A stretch of DNA of 64,000 nucleotides from Antedon mediterranea (GCF_964355755.1 NC_092677.1:9756101-9820100), one strand, 5' to 3'. Shown: positions 24,450 to 37,779, counted from the stretch's first letter. Program-made: numbers and translations. The notes: generated by a model from the sequence alone, not told the origin.

Positions 24450-25644
24450 ACTCAATGACAATGTTAATAATTTAGGTTAGCCTGTTACACGAAAATATTT
24501 TTTCATTAAATCTAAACGGAATAATGGTAATATTTAGTGGGTGATTACTTTTCAAAATCCACTGTAAACATTTTTTTTGTCTGTTTAATAATTCGGTACT
24601 ATTTCTACGTTGATAATTACTAAACTGTTATAAGATAAATTATATATTACTGTAGAGATAGTTCATTTTAACATTAATGTACGAAATAATCTACGCGCTC
24701 ACGATATGATTATGACGTCACACCTTATGTAACTTTTCCTTATAATCTGGTCATTATATCAGATAAGTAAATCAAATTGCTCTTTACATTTATGTAGGTT
24801 AAGGCGATTATTATTATTTAAAAAAAACCGATATGTATAAGGTCAAGTTTTTTTAGGTCAGATTTAGCTCATTTTATTTGATTATTTTAGCTAGAAGCAC
24901 GAAATTAAGCGGTGGATATCGATAGCGTTGTCAACTATATATCGCAAAGAGACGCGCGCGTACAAAAATAGATACACATTATCATTACTTTCCGTGCGTC
25001 ATCATTTTTTTTCCTAAGCGCATGTTTTTATGGTTTTATCGGTGAAACTAAAATATAATCTATTTATTATAGGATTAATGCTAACATTCGTTTCCGTTCA
25101 TTATGATTTAGATTAAACTTATAGAAATATTCTTGTAAAAGAAATACTGTATATATATTCTGTATATAAATGGTACGTATAGTGAGGCGAATAAAATTAA
25201 TATCACTGTAAGAACAATTATCATTTTTCCTGATTCTTTTTAAATTTAACATTTAATGAATATATATTAGTAACTTGTATGGCTAAACGACTACATGAAT
25301 CTAGAAATGATAATGTCACAATGTATCTCAGTTTTACGAATACAATGTTTTGTGTCAGTAAGACTAAATGATATGAATGGACATCTAAATTTATCTCATG
25401 AAATGAGGTGATTTAAGGTTCAAGAAGAGTTTCGCTGACGGCATAATTCTATTTGACATGTTATCAACATCGCGTCAACAACCACCCGGCTGTGCACATC
25501 CAAACGCGGATATCATTTGACAAATTATGTGATGAAAAACTATTTGATCACTAACATAGCACACTCATTGACCTTTTCATTGAAATAAATATTCGCAGGC
25601 GCAATCAAAAGTACCTAAATCCAATTAATTACAAACGCACGCGC

Positions 25645-26219
25645 GTTATAGTGTGAACACATGTTGATAGAATTCATTTTAATCTGTCGGTTGTTTAGTT
25701 TTTTAGCAGACTTGACCATTAGGGTCGCATGTTTTCCGAGTTTAGAAGACCTTTGTAATAATGCATTCATACGGCCAGTGGCAGACAGCTCGCTCTTATC
25801 AAGTTTTAGAGTAATAGGTGCGTGGTTAGATGGTAGTGCTGTATTCTGACAAGCAGAGAAGTGTCGAACAGCAGGAATAATGTCAGGTGATACATAGCAG
25901 CAGTCCAATTCGGAAATCCAATGTTTTCCCCTCCGAAACGTAAGTGGGATTTGGAACGTATTATTTCTCAATTTTAAATTGTTCAAGAGTATCATGCTGT
26001 CTAGCGCAGAAGTTATTTGTCGAGCCTTACTATTGGGTTTGATAGACTAATATCCATCGATTCCACGTAGGCTATGTCAAAAGGTAAATTAGCAATTTCA
26101 CAACTCCTTGTATATCCAAACCTAGTGTTCATATCCCCCATTATTATTAGCCTCTTATTGGATAAATTCAGAGTGTTCAGGTGAGCGAATGCTTCTGGAA
26201 TGTGGTAAGGGGAATCATC
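25645..26219 (-). mobile_element. Non-LTR retrotransposon relic, AP-like endonuclease domain
   Basis: Translation gives DSPY...IIMGDMNTR...LTF..G..ISELDCCYVS...LPSNHAPI (GDxN and SDH-type motifs) with disruptions. Confidence 0.75.
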
Positions 26220-26739
26220 ATGCGTCTACGTCTTTGCGTTGCGTCTCTGGAGTGGGAACTGCGCTTTTATAATAGACGGAATAATAGGCCTACACGTCAA
26301 TCTACCCTAATAGCCTATAGTCTCTATCACGCTGATTGAAAATTGGAGCACAATATTGCATAATGAGTTAAATTTGGTTTCATAGTATAGTATACATCCA
26401 GCCGTTTATTTCTTTATCATTGATTTACCACCTTTAATATTAAAATAGCATGGTGCGTGGGTTTGAAGAGTTTAACAAATCGACAAAATGAGAGATTTCT
26501 CATTAGAATTCGAAACATTAATCACGTGTTCTTTTTGATTACACAACCTATGCATCTACATTAAGGTGACATGAATTAAAGTGGCCGTATAACAATGATT
26601 TTTTTCTTGCTTTTAAATTTACTTTTTCGGCCCTCTCGTCTATATGAGTATCGTCTTTCTATCACCATGTTCACCCTTCTTGACATGTTCATTCTCCTGA
26701 ACGTCATTGTTGTCTTGTTCATCTTTGTGATATTAACAT

Positions 26740-27107
26740 TTCATCACCATTATCACCCTTTGTTGGTCAATCTCATCATTATCATTTTAAAAACCCTAAT
26801 CATCATTATCATCATCTTTAGCACCTTTTCTTATCATTTTTATCATCTTTATCCATTTTTATCACCCCATCACCCTATCATCATTACCATCGTCTTCATC
26901 ACCTTTAACTCTTATCATTTTATCATCTTTATCCACTTTAAATCCCCACCAGCACCCTCATCATCATTATCGTTATTACCTTTTCTTATGATTCTTATCA
27001 TCTTTATCCATGTTAATCACCCCATCACCCTATCATCATCTTTATCACCTTTTCTTATCATTCTTATCATCTTTATCCATTTTAATCACCCCACCCCCTT
27101 TATCATC
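26740..27107. repeat. (CAT)n-derived complex minisatellite, left part
   Basis: Unit ~ATCATCTTTATCACCTTTTCTTATCATTCTTATCATCTTTATCCATTTTAATCACCCCAC; continues at 32185 after a transposon insertion. Confidence 0.85.
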
Positions 27108-27638
27108 CACAGCTGTTCCAGAAATATGAATTAAGTGCAGCGCCCCCAACGTTTCATAGCGTTTTATGGAGTAGCGATTCCGAAAACATATTGTATACAA
27201 ACCACATGAGGAACCCGGAAGCAATCAAGCATAAAACGACTGTTTTTTAATAGCCAATAAAAACAAATAAAGACCGCGAAAGTCAGAAAAATAATGAATA
27301 TTCATTAGAACAACCCTGGATGAAGGTGAAAAACATGTTGTCGTCGTTTTATCACGTGGATTTTAAGAGGTAATGTAATTGAAAATTGTACACCCAACGC
27401 CAGTTTTTTTCTCAAGTGATACATTTAAAAAGTAGGTATAAATGTTGTTTTCCATATCAGTTTAAAAATAATTTTTTCTGTTGAATTCTTTGATTTAGTT
27501 GGATACTTTAGTTATCCTTGAATGTTTTAACAAGGATCGTATTCATATTGCCTGGCTGGATTTTTTCCTATGCTAGCTTATAATAGGCTCTGCCCAGGCC
27601 CCTTGCGTGGTTAAAACCAGCTGTGTAAGACTAATGGC

Positions 27639-28542
27639 TGTTTATTTTTAACACGTAAACATGTATATTCGGGGGGCCTGAGTGACAGTTGACCTGTTAT
27701 AAAGCTGATTAATTACTTGTTCCTGGTCCTAATTAAAAATTAGGCCTAGTCTAGGCCTAAGCTTTTTTAATAATCATTCATATTGGGAAAGGAGTACAGA
27801 GTAGGCCAGGCTACAGGCCCAGCTAGGCCTATATTATATATAGGCTAGGCTACCTCATCAGCAGGTTAAAGGCTAGCAGCCTACCTAGCATGTCTTAGTC
27901 AAAGATCTGTAATATATTAATAGAAAGAAGTTATAGAGTACTGTGACATTAGATATTTAATCATAAATGCATATTTCTTTCATATTTGTATTGTATATTT
28001 ATTATTTTGATATGCAATGAATCACAATCTAAATCAGTAAATAACATAAATTTCCGTTATCAATAAATAATTATTAATATATAAACCAAATTAAAATACA
28101 ATAATTGTTTATTTTTAACACGTAAACATGTCTATTCGGGGGCCTAAATGACAGTTGACCTGTTATAAAGCTGATTAATTACTTGTTCCTGGTCCTAATT
28201 AAAAATTAGGCCTAGCCTAGGCCTAAGCTTTTTTAATAATCATTCATATTGGGAGAGAGGAGTACAGAGTAGGCCAGGTTACATCCCTAGCTAGGCCTAT
28301 ACTATATATAGGCTAGGCTACATCATCAGCAGGTTAAAGGCTAGCAGCCTACCTAGCATGTCTTAGTCAAAGATCTGTAATATATTAATAGAAAGAAGCT
28401 ATAGAGTACTGTGACATTAGATATTTAATTATAAATGCATATTTCTTTCATATTTGTATTGTATATGCAATCACAATCTAAATCAGTAAATAACATCAAT
28501 TTCCGTTATCAATCAATAATATATATAAACCAAATTAAAATA
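27639..28542. repeat. Tandem duplication of ~467-bp unit inside the transposon
   Basis: TGTTTATTTTTAACACGTAAACATG...ATAAACCAAATTAAAATA at 27639 and again at 28106, highly similar. Confidence 0.9.
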
Positions 28543-28789
28543 AAATAACTTCCAAAAAATTAAATTCAATTACAATTCATATACCATTTGTTAAATATTC
28601 ACAAAATCATTGTTCTAGCAATAACACAAAAAATACTACCATTCATACAGTATACTGTACATAATAATATGCAATACTGTAACAATTAACTGAGAAATAG
28701 CAAACTATTCCTCAACTTTTCTGCACTTAGTTACCGGCCTAGTTACTTCATGCTGGATCTCAGGTGAAATAAAAGTCAGATGTGACTTC

Positions 28790-29945
28790 AGGATTTCCCA
28801 CAAAACTCTTTCCATGGTACTGCTGTCGAGGAATTTATTTTTTCTAAATACCTCGTCCATTTTTGTACATAGAGGTCCAGTTTCAAATCTCTTGGTTCAT
28901 AGTAGTTCGCTATATAAAATATATAAAAGAAATATGGCATTCATTTTTATAGTATTGCATGTTTTAGACATAATTTTAAAGGTATATAATGTAGGACTGA
29001 CCAAGTCTTTGACCTCTTGTTCTTTTAGATTTATTCTGTGGCCAGTCTCTGCAATCTTACTATGCTGTTTTGTCACAAGTGACACTGAGAGTTCATTTCT
29101 TAAATGCTCAAGATTCTCTTCTAAAGACTGGATTTTAATCATTGTACTTTGTAGCATGTCGATGTGCTGCAGCTTCTGATTTTCTCTTTCTGCTGGATGA
29201 TCACCTGAGATTAAACAATATTGGTCAACCAAATAAATGTCAATCTTCATAAAAAATGAGCATCAAAATTATTATATTTTCAAAATGTTAACAACTATTT
29301 CTTGTAGCAGATGATAATAATATATGGATAATTCATAGGAAAATAAGTTCCAGCCAAAGGTTTGCTTTATTATGCATAAAAATAGGATAAACAATTTTGA
29401 AATTCTATGCTCAAAGGGACAATTATGTATATTTAAAGAGCAACTTGACCAATTGAGTTATTATGTAATGTCAATGTAAAGTTGAAACAACATTTGAATT
29501 TACCAGTCAAGATGTCAGCATCCTGTCGCATGTTGAATATTATAACATATTGACACCTGGAAAAATAGTTGATTGAGGAAATATTTAATAAAGAAAAGAG
29601 GTATATTTATAAATTACTGTAACAATTGTTTGTTTCGACAGTTATTTTATACTAACATTGTTCTTTAATATGAAGTACAAACACACATTTTATTGTTTGG
29701 AGTGTGTATTAAACTTTCTAAAGAGGTGGTTATGATTATTTACCTACCCTGTTTAATTCAATGTCTACCAGGTATGGCCTAACAACACTGTGCGATATTG
29801 TTTTGCTTTTTTTTTTTTTCACTGCCATGGTCTACAAAAAACTTGTAGTCATGATTGTAGGCCTTGAGATATCTACAGGCTTGAGGAACATTGTTGATTC
29901 TGATGTCATCTTGATTACAAAAACAATAGATGCAACTGTACTTTC
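28790..29945 (-). pseudogene. Decayed spliced transposase (Chapaev-like), approx. exons 29945-29748, 29556-29505, 29204-29002, 28909-28790
   Basis: GKYSCIYC...DYKFFVDHGSEKKKAKQY..DIELNR; coiled-coil segment; with frameshifts GPLCTKMDEVFRKNK-PRQQYHGKSF-GN. Family assignment is by recalled motif similarity, not a search. Confidence 0.6.
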
Positions 29946-30079
29946 CTTTAAAAATAAATCAATTTTTAAATCTACAGTACTTCAGTTTTGTGTCCAAACA
30001 AATCCAAACAAGAGAGCTAATAGTCAAAATATTAAAGCATTATTATACAAATGTATTACTATTAAGGCCTAGCCTAGGC

Positions 30080-31384
30080 GGCATATGACCGTTTCGGCCA
30101 CAGACAGTTTCGGCCACAACAGATTTCTATGGCGCGCCATTCACGCATATATTAGACCGTGCTATTGTTTTTGCTATTAGTTATCGCATCTCATGCTTTG
30201 TTGTATAGTATTTTTATGACGATTACTACCATTACAGTGTTATCATTCTTAAAGTTATTCCACTACAATTTGCATTTATTAGATTTGTTGTTTCCATTCC
30301 AGTTTAGTTATATCATGGAGTCTTGGCGAAAAATAAATTCAACTGTCAGTGACACAGTTAAATACTCTCTTAGTACAGACGTATTAATAGTTTGGCTATG
30401 AAAAAAGAAATAGAAATGCTAAGAAAAAAAAAGAAATTTAATTAAAACGTTTTTCCTTCCATTGCTTAAGTGACCTAAGGAACAAAGAGGAATATCAGGA
30501 ACTCACACATCAATACAAGCAGAAGAATCAAGAAGAAAATTAGTGATAAAAAAAAATAAATTTAATAAAACTTTGTCGTCTTCATTTGATTGGTTTTTAA
30601 TACAACACAGGAGTAATTAAATGTTTTATCATGGAGCTCAGGTCATGTCTTAAGAACACAGGTGCATAAATAAAACGAACATATCAGACCCAACATAAAA
30701 ATAATAATTGAGTAATTTGCGGCGATATGCATTTAACATATTTTAACATGTCAAAATACAGTACAAACAAAATGAGTAATAATTCGGATAAAAATGCGAC
30801 TAAGGATAACATTTGTTGTGTTCTATGCGAACGTCAGAGGAAGTCCCCAAATTAATTACTAGGCCTATTATCAATTAATAATTGCTGCTATAAATAACCA
30901 CACTCTAGAAAAGAAAATGGCAAAAAGAAGCAACCAAACACTGTTATTTCAAAGTTCAGAACATCCGTAATTACTACGGAAATTCGGCCCAATATTTCGG
31001 ACGTAGGGAAATGAAGATAAATAGGCTACTACGGAAATAATGGGGAATCCCCGGCAAAATGCAATGACTACGGACAAATCAACCACCCATATGACGGGGT
31101 TATTATTATCTACGTAATTCTTCGTTTCTTATCTCATCATGCCACCTAGCTACAAAATACGTGTTTGTATTTTATTTTCATTATTAATTAATTAAATTAA
31201 TTAATTGCCAAGTTTGTCTGTGTCCGTGTTTTCCTGTGTAAAAACAAAAAAACAAAAGTAAAAGGCAATGAAATCGATAATCCTGTATTACATTGTCGTG
31301 TCTCATTGTTCCCCTATCAATGGCACTATGGGCGTTCCATAGATATGGTAGTAATATTGTCTGTGGCCGAAGTTGGCCTAATCC
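30080..31384. mobile_element. 1.3-kb non-autonomous TIR element (MULE-like) nested in the Chapaev-like element
   Basis: Ends GG...TTCGGCCACAGAC / GTCTGTGGCCGAA...CC, flanked by 8-bp GCCTAGGC on both sides. Confidence 0.65.
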
Positions 31385-32184
31385 GCCTAGGCTGTGACTG
31401 TCACTCAGTCACACCAGCTAGCCTAAAAATGCACCAGGAAAGCAATAATTATTATTATAAACACATGCCATTAATTATTTGGTAACAGTTATAATGATTA
31501 AATTTAGGATTAGGGTAATTAAAGGTTTAACTATTACGAATTTTCTATGTTTCGGCCTAGCTTTATTCTAGGCCCACATTACCGTCACGGTCATCGCGGG
31601 CGACAACGCACTTTCTAAGCCTATTGCCAAACCGTTTTCTCGCCGACAACAATAACAATGTATAAAGGGGTTGCAAAATATGCGAGTTTTACTAAAAACT
31701 GAACCAGGCTATATTTACAAAACTAGTATTATTTTGTTTATATAATAATGATGGACTATATTCTAGTTCGTTCTTTTTCTAAAAAAATTAATTATATCCA
31801 AAAAAAAGTAAAGAATACAATGATATTTTCTACTTACGATTGTTTACCATTTCTTTACACAGTTTATCTTGACTTCCTGGTTTATGTGCTGGATAGTATA
31901 TCAGTAAAATGGACAATATCGTGGTTTATTTATTAATTTATAGTAAAGAAACAATAAAATATTTATTTTTTAATTGAACATACACTTTTTTTAATCATTT
32001 AGTTTTGTATAAAATGTTTTACTACATAAAAACTCACGATAGCGAAATTTAATTTGGCGTTCGCGAAATAATGGTTTGTAAACAAAAATTATATGTCCGC
32101 GCGACTCGGCGGGAGAGCCTCGTCTGCTAACACTGAGGGCGCTTGACTTTTTCTGACATCTTAACACTAGTTGAAACAGCTGTG

Positions 32185-32830
32185 CATCATCTTTATCATT
32201 ATCATCATCTTTATCACCTTTTCTTATCATTCTTATCATCTTTATCCATTTTAATCACCCCATCACTCTAATCGTCATTATCATCTGTGTATCACCTTTT
32301 CTTATCATTCTTATATCATCTTTATCCATTTTAATCACCCCACCACCTTCATCATCATCTTTAGAATTATCATCATCTTTATCACCTTTTCTTATCATTC
32401 TTATCATATTTATCCATTTTAATCACCCCACCACCTTCATCATCATCTTTATCATTATCATCATCTTTATCACCTTTTCTTATTATTCTTATCATATTTA
32501 CCCATTTTGATCACCCAATCACCCTAATCACAATTATCATCATCTGACATGTGGATCACCTTTTCTTATCATTCTTATCATTCTTATATCATCTTTATCC
32601 ATTTTAATCACCCCACCAGATTCATAATCATCTTTATCATTATAATCATCTTTATCACCTTTTTTTTTATCATCTTTGTCCATTTTAATTACCCCACCAC
32701 CTTCATTATCATCTTCATCATTATCATCATCTTTATCACCTTTTCTTATCATTCTTATCATCTTTATTCATTTTAATCACCCCACCACCAACATTATCAT
32801 CCTCATCATCTTCCTTATCTTCAGCTCGTC
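32185..32830. repeat. (CAT)n-derived complex minisatellite, right part
   Basis: Same ~70-80-bp unit as 26740-27107. Confidence 0.9.
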
Positions 32831-33142
32831 ACCATCATCTTCACTAATGGCATTTTAATGTCAATACCTGCACTCTCATTACCGCTATAATTCATCATTT
32901 ATAACGTGGTGAGAGCCAATTGATTTATCACTCGCTTTAAAAACATGATAAATTAAAGGATAATATGGTATATTGCAATGACGTGATTAAAAAACTTGTT
33001 TTAATATGATATTAAGATATTTTGTAATCATGAATATTCATAAGGCACACATTAATAGTAATAAGGTTTCTGTATATACATAATAATCAACATGAATCTG
33101 TTGTGAATTACTTTTAATATAACAATAACAGGGATATCGTAT

Positions 33143-33245
33143 TAAGGAGGAGACACTTCAAATGTTAACGCGGCCGGCCAACCTCTCAGCGCCTCCTATT
33201 TACAGGACAGACGCGCAGTTGTTGGGCTCCGAAGGCGTCTCCTTA
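33143..33245. mobile_element. Possible ~100-bp MITE
   Basis: GGAGACACTTC ... GAAGGCGTCTCC imperfect inverted ends around a GC-rich island in AT-rich DNA. Confidence 0.35.
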
Positions 33246-34801
33246 TATAACACTTATTAATTCAGATGATCTTATTTATACGAATGTTGCCTACAGACTT
33301 GTTAATTATTGTATTGTCATATTGAAAAAAATAATAAAAATAGTTTCTCAACCGGTTAATGAACTAATAATAAAATAAAAATATCTCATAATCCGTTAAT
33401 GTTCGGAATAAAACAAGTGCATGTTATAGCTTGTAAATTACTTGCCTGTTTAGATTGATATCATAAGTCACACATATAAAGACAATTACAATGTTTTATA
33501 TATGATTGTTATGTAGACAGAAATATTGCAGAGAATTGTTTTTCCCTGATACGTCACAACTATAAATTGAGCATTGTTTCCGTGGTTATGCCTTTTTTAA
33601 CCTTTTAGTGTTTTTTGTCGTAAACATTTTGCTTAGTATGGTATTCAATTCTTGCTATATCTGCCAAACTAAGCTACAGTAACCATTAAATATTTAGCAG
33701 TGGTTGTACGCTTTTCGGTTTGAACACCGCTGTTAGGCCTAGTATGGTCTGTACAGCAGACAATGGGAATACCTTGTTTTTATACCAAGATTGTAGGTCC
33801 AATCTACTTACAATTCACAGATTTATGATGAGTTGATCTAAATAGGCCTAATATAATTGTAAGTGCCTCGGAGATATAATTTAGTTAATCTTAAAATGTC
33901 AAAAGATCTTATTCTATTATTTACATCCTGTACTCTTCTGTTACCAAGTAATTCCTTCAAAATTCAATCCGTCAATAACGATGCGAATTTTTCAGTTGCG
34001 CTCTTTACAAACACATTTACAACTCCGATTTAAACAGAGCGAGATCTCTCTACCTTAATTCAATTTATTTATTTACTGTTTAGTTCAAGATTCTGAATAT
34101 GTAACACAATTTATCAGAACCTACATTCTTGATTTATGACACCCCTGTGGTCATTATGTGTGAACAGCTTTATATAACCTCCAAATCTAATACATTTTAG
34201 ACGATTGTATAATAATAATAATATCGAATATAATATTGGTCATAATTATAGCAATTTGACTACGCACTATAAAAATAAAAAATTCATGATTGACTTCTTT
34301 CTCAGGATTTCTCAATAGAAGGTATAGCCGATTCTTGGTACTGTACAATTTATCACATACAGTATATTTTCCATGTGACAGATGTATCATGGTATAAGCC
34401 TAATATAATTGTCTTAAACATAATACAGTAGTCACATGTGTGATGCTACAAGATTAGTGTGCCTAATTGACAGATACGTGTAATGCCATAGTTGATAGGC
34501 CTACATAAAATCGGGTTTAAAGTGATCTGGACAGCGACGATTGTATAATTTTATGAGATAGTTGATGATGTGATAGATATACTACTACAATGTAGAACGT
34601 CACGAATATGAGAACTACGGTACACAGTTATTATGATAATTGTATAACCAGTAGACGACGTTTTTTTAATCGACTAAGTAGATAGGCCTACATAAACGTG
34701 CATCTCTATCGTACATTATGTAACATTTAATAGACTATAACTATATAGAATTTCTATGAATTAAAACGCACACAGTAATATAATTCAAGAAGATAACTTA
34801 C

Positions 34802-34916
34802 GTATCTCGTAGCAGAATGTGTACTGAGTTAGAAAAGACACGAATATGCCTATGTAAACGACGGCGGCCATTAGTTGACGACAACCCGGCCACATCATCG
34901 CAATTTTGAAATCCAT
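34802..34916 (-). CDS. CUB-LDLa membrane protein, coding exon 1 (signal peptide); model complement(join(17765..18036,18521..18649,18927..19358,34802..34916)), ~315 aa
   Basis: MDFKIAMMWPGCRQLMAAVVYIGIFVSFLTQYTFCYEI then C|GTAAGT, phase 1 matching the CUB exon. Linkage across 15.4 kb is inferred. Confidence 0.65.
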
Positions 34917-35284
34917 AACAAACAAGATCCAACCATTCTTAGGCAGTGTAATGCGAATAAATGAAGCTAAGATTAAGTGGGATCAAGCGTTTAGTAAGAA
35001 GAATGAACGAAGGCTGATGGGAGGATGCTGAAGATGAGCGGAATGGTTGATTAAGTCCAGGTAATTATTCCGAGTCCGTTCACTTTTCGTTGTTTGACGA
35101 AAGCACGGAAAGGGCTCTCCGGTCGCGTTTTCGTCCTTTTCAACATCAGAAATAAAACAAAACCAACTAAACTAAATTCAGATTTCGGTTGCGTTTCCGG
35201 GCTGAATAGAACTATTATGAGGATGCTAAAAAAGAAAATCTATCCATGATGGTTTGGGGGATGTTGTGGTGTTTGGTTCCGTTT

Positions 35285-35305
35285 GTCGCGTATATTTATC
35301 TGCTC
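35285..35305 (-). promoter_or_regulatory. Candidate TATA-like element of the CUB-LDLa gene
   Basis: ATAAATATA on - strand ~375 bp upstream of the ATG in a CpG-enriched stretch. Confidence 0.25.
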
Positions 35306-36552
35306 AACTGCTTCAACTAGTGGAAAATACAAATCGCTAAACTGTAAAAAATCTCAAATCTATGAGTAGAAACATTTGACACTATATCATCGACTCGACT
35401 TCAAATAGCCGAGAGACTGTTCTTGACATCGCAGTTATAATTTCGAATACATGCGCATGTTGCGAGTTGTTTACATATCATCTGAAATTGCACGCTTCGT
35501 TGACATTGCGAAGGATCCAAATGATAATACATAAGAATTCTCCACTTTGGGACAAAACTGATCGATGATTTTCTTCCACAAGGGAGGTGTTTCTACCCCA
35601 TTAGATACATCATTTCACCTTCGGTAACGTTCAGCATTTAAATTTCTAAAAGTAATCAAAATTGTTTTCGGGTGCTTAGTAGAAAAGAGTCAATCAAAGT
35701 CCGTGTGTATGCAATGTTTATGCTTTAACGCAGACGAAATCATCGCAATTTATTTCAATGCCTTTAGAACAACTTGTCGCATCGTTAGTACTGAACGGGA
35801 ATATTGACGGAGTAAACCATCATGATGCACCAACATAGCTCTTTAATAGAATTTAAAATGTAAGATGCAACCCGATTCCTAATGGCTATACACACGACAA
35901 TACAATATTATGCAATGGCAATTTCCATAGTAGGCATATGTAATGTGTACCACCATAGTACCTGTATCATGGAAGGTGGGTTAAATCAGGGTTTATAATA
36001 CAGGCATGTGAAGTACATTAGAAGCTGTATCACGAAATATGCATGATACTGGACACATAAATAAGATACTGAACGAGAATCGGCTGGTTGTATAAGCTCA
36101 TGCATGTACAGTATATCTGATAACTGATATAAATGATAAAGCACATACACAAATCAATTTTTAATTAATAATTATTTAGCATTTAACATCTACTATCTAG
36201 TTTACTCTAAATGAATGTTCACACCAAGGAAAATATCGTTTTCGACAACCGGGTCCGTCGTGTGAACGCAAATCTATTCGGACGCGTTGCGTCAATTTGT
36301 CAGTGACACGACGACACAAAGTTGACCTGATTTAGATTGAACCAACGTTTATTATAGATTCTGATTCCATTCCAGCATAACTTTTAATTTTAGAACATTT
36401 CGTAGAATGGTACACGAGGGAGTAGTTTTCAATTCAAACATTTCTCAAATTGAAAATCACAGGGATTCAATACAAATAGGAAATGCATTATTCATTTTTC
36501 CCTACTACCCTCTTCATGATATGACGATGACGATGCTGGTGACACGACGCAG

Positions 36553-36923
36553 ATGATGACGATCATGATGACGGGGTTGATAATGGATGATGACGATCAT
36601 GACGACGGGGTTGATAATGGATGATGATGACGATCATGACGACGGGGTTGATAATAGATGGTGACAATCATGACGACGGGTTTGATAATGGATGATGACG
36701 ATCATGATGACGGGGTTGATAATGGATGATAACGATCATGAAGAAGACGGGGTTGATAATGGATAATGACGATCATGATGACGGGGTTGATAATGGATGG
36801 TGACGATCATGACGACGGTGGTTGATAATGGATGGTGACTATATTGGCGACGGGGTTGATAATGGAGGGTGACGATCATGACGACGGGTTGATAATGCAT
36901 GGTAACGATCATGACGACGGGTT
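36553..36923. repeat. ~34-bp minisatellite (GATGACGATCATGACGACGGGGTTGATAATGGAT)n, ~11 copies
   Basis: Direct reading. Confidence 0.9.
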
Positions 36924-37626
36924 AGTAGAAAAGGCTACGGGTGTACCTTTCAAAATTCAAAGAAAGTCCGCATTCATTCATTCATTCCAACCTTAATGAA
37001 TATTCATAACTTTAAATATTCAGGAGGCAGTCAGGTGTGTGTTTTTTTAATTTGAAGACTGCAGACGTGTGTATAAGATTATATCTTATGTCTTTAAAGT
37101 GACGAACTTGAAAATGAAGGCATCGTATAGAATCACTGAATGCATCAAGTATTCACATAAGATTCGATGTTTTATAACAATGTTTAATACTATAAAATAG
37201 ACCTAAATCATAATGACGTTGTTGACGAAAGAGGTGACTTGCCGTATTGACTGGTAAGCCACGTCTGCTTTACAGTCAGCATGGAGGCTTAGGGATAGGG
37301 GTGGAAAGGAAGGTAATATATAGTATATTTCTACATTCTTTATTTAAATGTCAACTGCTTAAAACCAATTGTGATTCTTATGGACCCATAACCGATAATG
37401 GGAGAAAATCACGAGGTTTGATTTGATTGAGAATAGACTATAAAATAAATATAAGTTGATACAATTACACAATCGAGGTCAAGCCTATATCTAAAACAAT
37501 AAAATGTGTTTGTTTCAATTTAGGTCTGTAGTTATAAATCTCATCTTAATTAGCTTTGTGCGACAGAGAAACGAAGCCATCGCGTCAAAATTATACGTGC
37601 AATTGAGTCTAAATTGTGTAGTCTGA

Positions 37627-37779
37627 AGCTCTGTCTACACTACCAAATTTGAAAACAAAAATGTGATGTGCCCATATATGGGCATGATGTCATATCACTA
37701 CTGTATTTGGGTACATCACTACCATATTTGGCGAGATCACACTTTTTTGTCAAACTAGTTTAATAGTGTAAACAGAGCT
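37627..37779. mobile_element. PIF/Harbinger-type MITE, family A copy 8
   Basis: Both TIRs; TSD TGA/TGA. Confidence 0.85.

Larger units (their letters stand above)
27108..32184 (-). mobile_element. 5.1-kb defective Chapaev-like (CMC / RAG1-Transib-related) DNA transposon
   Basis: Termini CACAGCTGTT(C/T)CA at both ends, 4-bp TSD CATC, splits one minisatellite array, carries decayed transposase fragments. Confidence 0.75.

Noticed and set aside
26595-27134. 179-aa hydrophobic ORF (also ORFs at 31991-32858)
   Set aside because: Low-complexity translation of the (CAT)n-derived array
28694-28907. Open frame NYYEPRDLKL...KVEE on - strand as a separate gene
   Set aside because: The recognisable transposase motifs lie in other frames; this frame has no supporting features
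27108-32184. Bona fide RAG1-RAG2 (ProtoRAG/RAGL) transposon
   Set aside because: TSD is 4 bp not 5, no RAG2-like ORF is seen, there is no nonamer on the left end, and peptide motifs look Chapaev-like rather than RAG1 core
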